Virus record (IMG/VR): IMGVR_UViG_3300023094_000009
Coordinates: 77,285-141,284 of that record
Direction: 5' to 3' (one strand)
DNA length: 64,000 bases
Source of the DNA: a virus
The translations under genes were made by a program, and so were the position numbers. Below the pieces are notes generated by a model. That model worked only from the letters and a program-made list of their open reading frames with translations. It searched no databases and was not told where the DNA came from. This document shows positions 62,835 to 64,000 of this stretch, piece after piece; position 1 is the first letter of the stretch; every line of letters begins with the position of its first letter.

Positions 62835-63818
62835 ATGTCTACATTAGAAGAAGTATTAAAGAAATTGAATAAAGGAAAAGCAGAACAAGATCAAGTAAAG
62901 AAGGTATCAGAGATTGATACGCTAAATTTGGATTTTTGTTCTTCGGGTAGTGCATACCTAGACTTGTACATGAATCACTCAGTGATTCCTTTAGGTGCAA
63001 TGACATTGCTCACAGGCTGGGAGGGAAGCGGAAAGAGTAGTATTGCTTTGATTGTAGCTAAACAGTTGCAAGATCAGACAGGAAAAACTATTGTGGTTTT
63101 GGATGGAGAGCAAACTATTACAGACAGTCATGTAGAAAGATTCGGATTAGACAAAGAGAGACTTATTGTTTACAAGGATTCTGTATTGGAGAATATGCTT
63201 GATACCGCAGAAGCTTTTTCTCAAAGTGAAGAAGTGGGTGGAATTGTTATTGATTCTATTAAAGCCTTTTATTCAGCTTCTGTTGAAGCTAAATCAGCTG
63301 AGGATTTCCATATAGGTCTCGAAGCCAAGAAACTAGGCACAAGGCTTCCGATTATAAACGCAAATTGCGCTCGAAGAAAGACTGCATTAATCGTATTAAA
63401 TCAATGGAGAGAGAATCCGGGAGTGATGCACGGAGATACGAAGGTATTGCCTGGTGGACAGTTCAATAAGTATATGCCCTTCACACACCTCGATTTTACC
63501 AAAAAAGACTTGATTAGAGACGAGAAGAAGAATGTCATAGGGCATAAGCTAGATGTAAGAATTAAGAAGAGTAAGGGAGGCGCATTTGACAAAAAAGAAG
63601 TTGTAACTCTAAACTTTTATTATGAAGGTGGGTTCAACGAAATTGACGAGTATTCTCAAATCTTTTGCGAATTAGGTATTGGAAAAGTGGGAGGTGCAGG
63701 ATGGATTACATTTCCTGTGAAAAATGGTGAAGAAAAGAAAGTACAAGGAACTGATAAACTAGCTGAATTTCTCAAAGAGAATCCTGAAGATTTCCAATTC
63801 CTAAAAGATCAACTATGA
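62835..63818 (+). CDS. recA: RecA/UvsX-like recombinase
   Basis: SSGSAYLD, Walker A GWEGSGKS, Walker B IVIDS, LNQWRE...PGG. Confidence 0.88.
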   Translation: MSTLEEVLKKLNKGKAEQDQVKKVSEIDTLNLDFCSSGSAYLDLYMNHSVIPLGAMTLLTGWEGSGKSSIALIVAKQLQDQTGKTIVVLDGEQTITDSHVERFGLDKERLIVYKDSVLENMLDTAEAFSQSEEVGGIVIDSIKAFYSASVEAKSAEDFHIGLEAKKLGTRLPIINANCARRKTALIVLNQWRENPGVMHGDTKVLPGGQFNKYMPFTHLDFTKKDLIRDEKKNVIGHKLDVRIKKSKGGAFDKKEVVTLNFYYEGGFNEIDEYSQIFCELGIGKVGGAGWITFPVKNGEEKKVQGTDKLAEFLKENPEDFQFLKDQL

Positions 63819-64000
63819 GACCTCTAGAAGATATAATCACTGAATTTGAAGAACAAAGATTAAATCTAAAAGCTTTTACTTCAAATGGAGATAACAATAA
63901 AGATACCCTTATAGAATTCCAACATAGATTTCTTGAATTAAAGTCAGATTTAAGGTATTGGCATGTTAAGATGGTAGGAGCCTCTGATAAGCGAGGGGAT
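63815..64000 (+). CDS. Hypothetical protein, truncated by window end
   Basis: ATGA-coupled to the recA-like gene; open to the edge (MRPLEDIITEFEEQ...). Confidence 0.65.
   Translation, partial: MRPLEDIITEFEEQRLNLKAFTSNGDNNKDTLIEFQHRFLELKSDLRYWHVKMVGASDKRGD

Noticed and set aside
1-64000. Stop-codon reassignment (TAG/TGA) as in some crAss-like phages
   Set aside because: Long genes are intact in code 11 and TAG/TGA end genes at sensible boundaries; the portal break is a frameshift, not an in-frame stop.
1-64000. CRISPR array, tRNA, rRNA, or diversity-generating retroelement
   Set aside because: No spaced direct repeats, no recognisable tRNA, no reverse transcriptase or template/variable repeat pair seen by eye; intergenic space is minimal.

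Overview
The window is part of a large Bacteroidota (probably Flavobacteriia-infecting) tailed-phage genome with crAss-like, podovirus-type gene architecture, read in standard code 11. Positions 1-59.0 kb are a minus-strand virion module. It encodes a terminase large subunit with a class-3 LAGLIDADG intein, a portal split by a frameshift, scaffold, major capsid, ring/adaptor proteins, lysis genes, Cys-rich fibre-like proteins, a 2296-aa tail stabilisation (muzzle-like) protein, an M15 peptidase and several large internal cargo proteins, the last running off the left edge. From 59.2 kb the plus strand carries replication/recombination genes (BT4734/PriCT primase-like, DarG-like macrodomain, HNH/NinG-like, RecA-like). 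Bacteroidota TAnnTTTG promoter boxes recur throughout. Two insertions interrupt the virion module. One is a ~5.9 kb IS1595-type cargo element (10515-16378) with terminal inverted repeats, a duplicated hairpin end, SRAP, an XRE regulator with palindromic operators, a lipoprotein, a TerB-like protein and an SDH/Clp-fold protease; it sits between a cargo gene and its promoter. The other is a solo tnpB. The most striking unexplained pattern is that three successive giant cargo proteins contain cysteines only at their extreme termini, suggesting a head-to-tail disulfide-linked ejection chain. All family assignments come from motif recognition; no searches were run.
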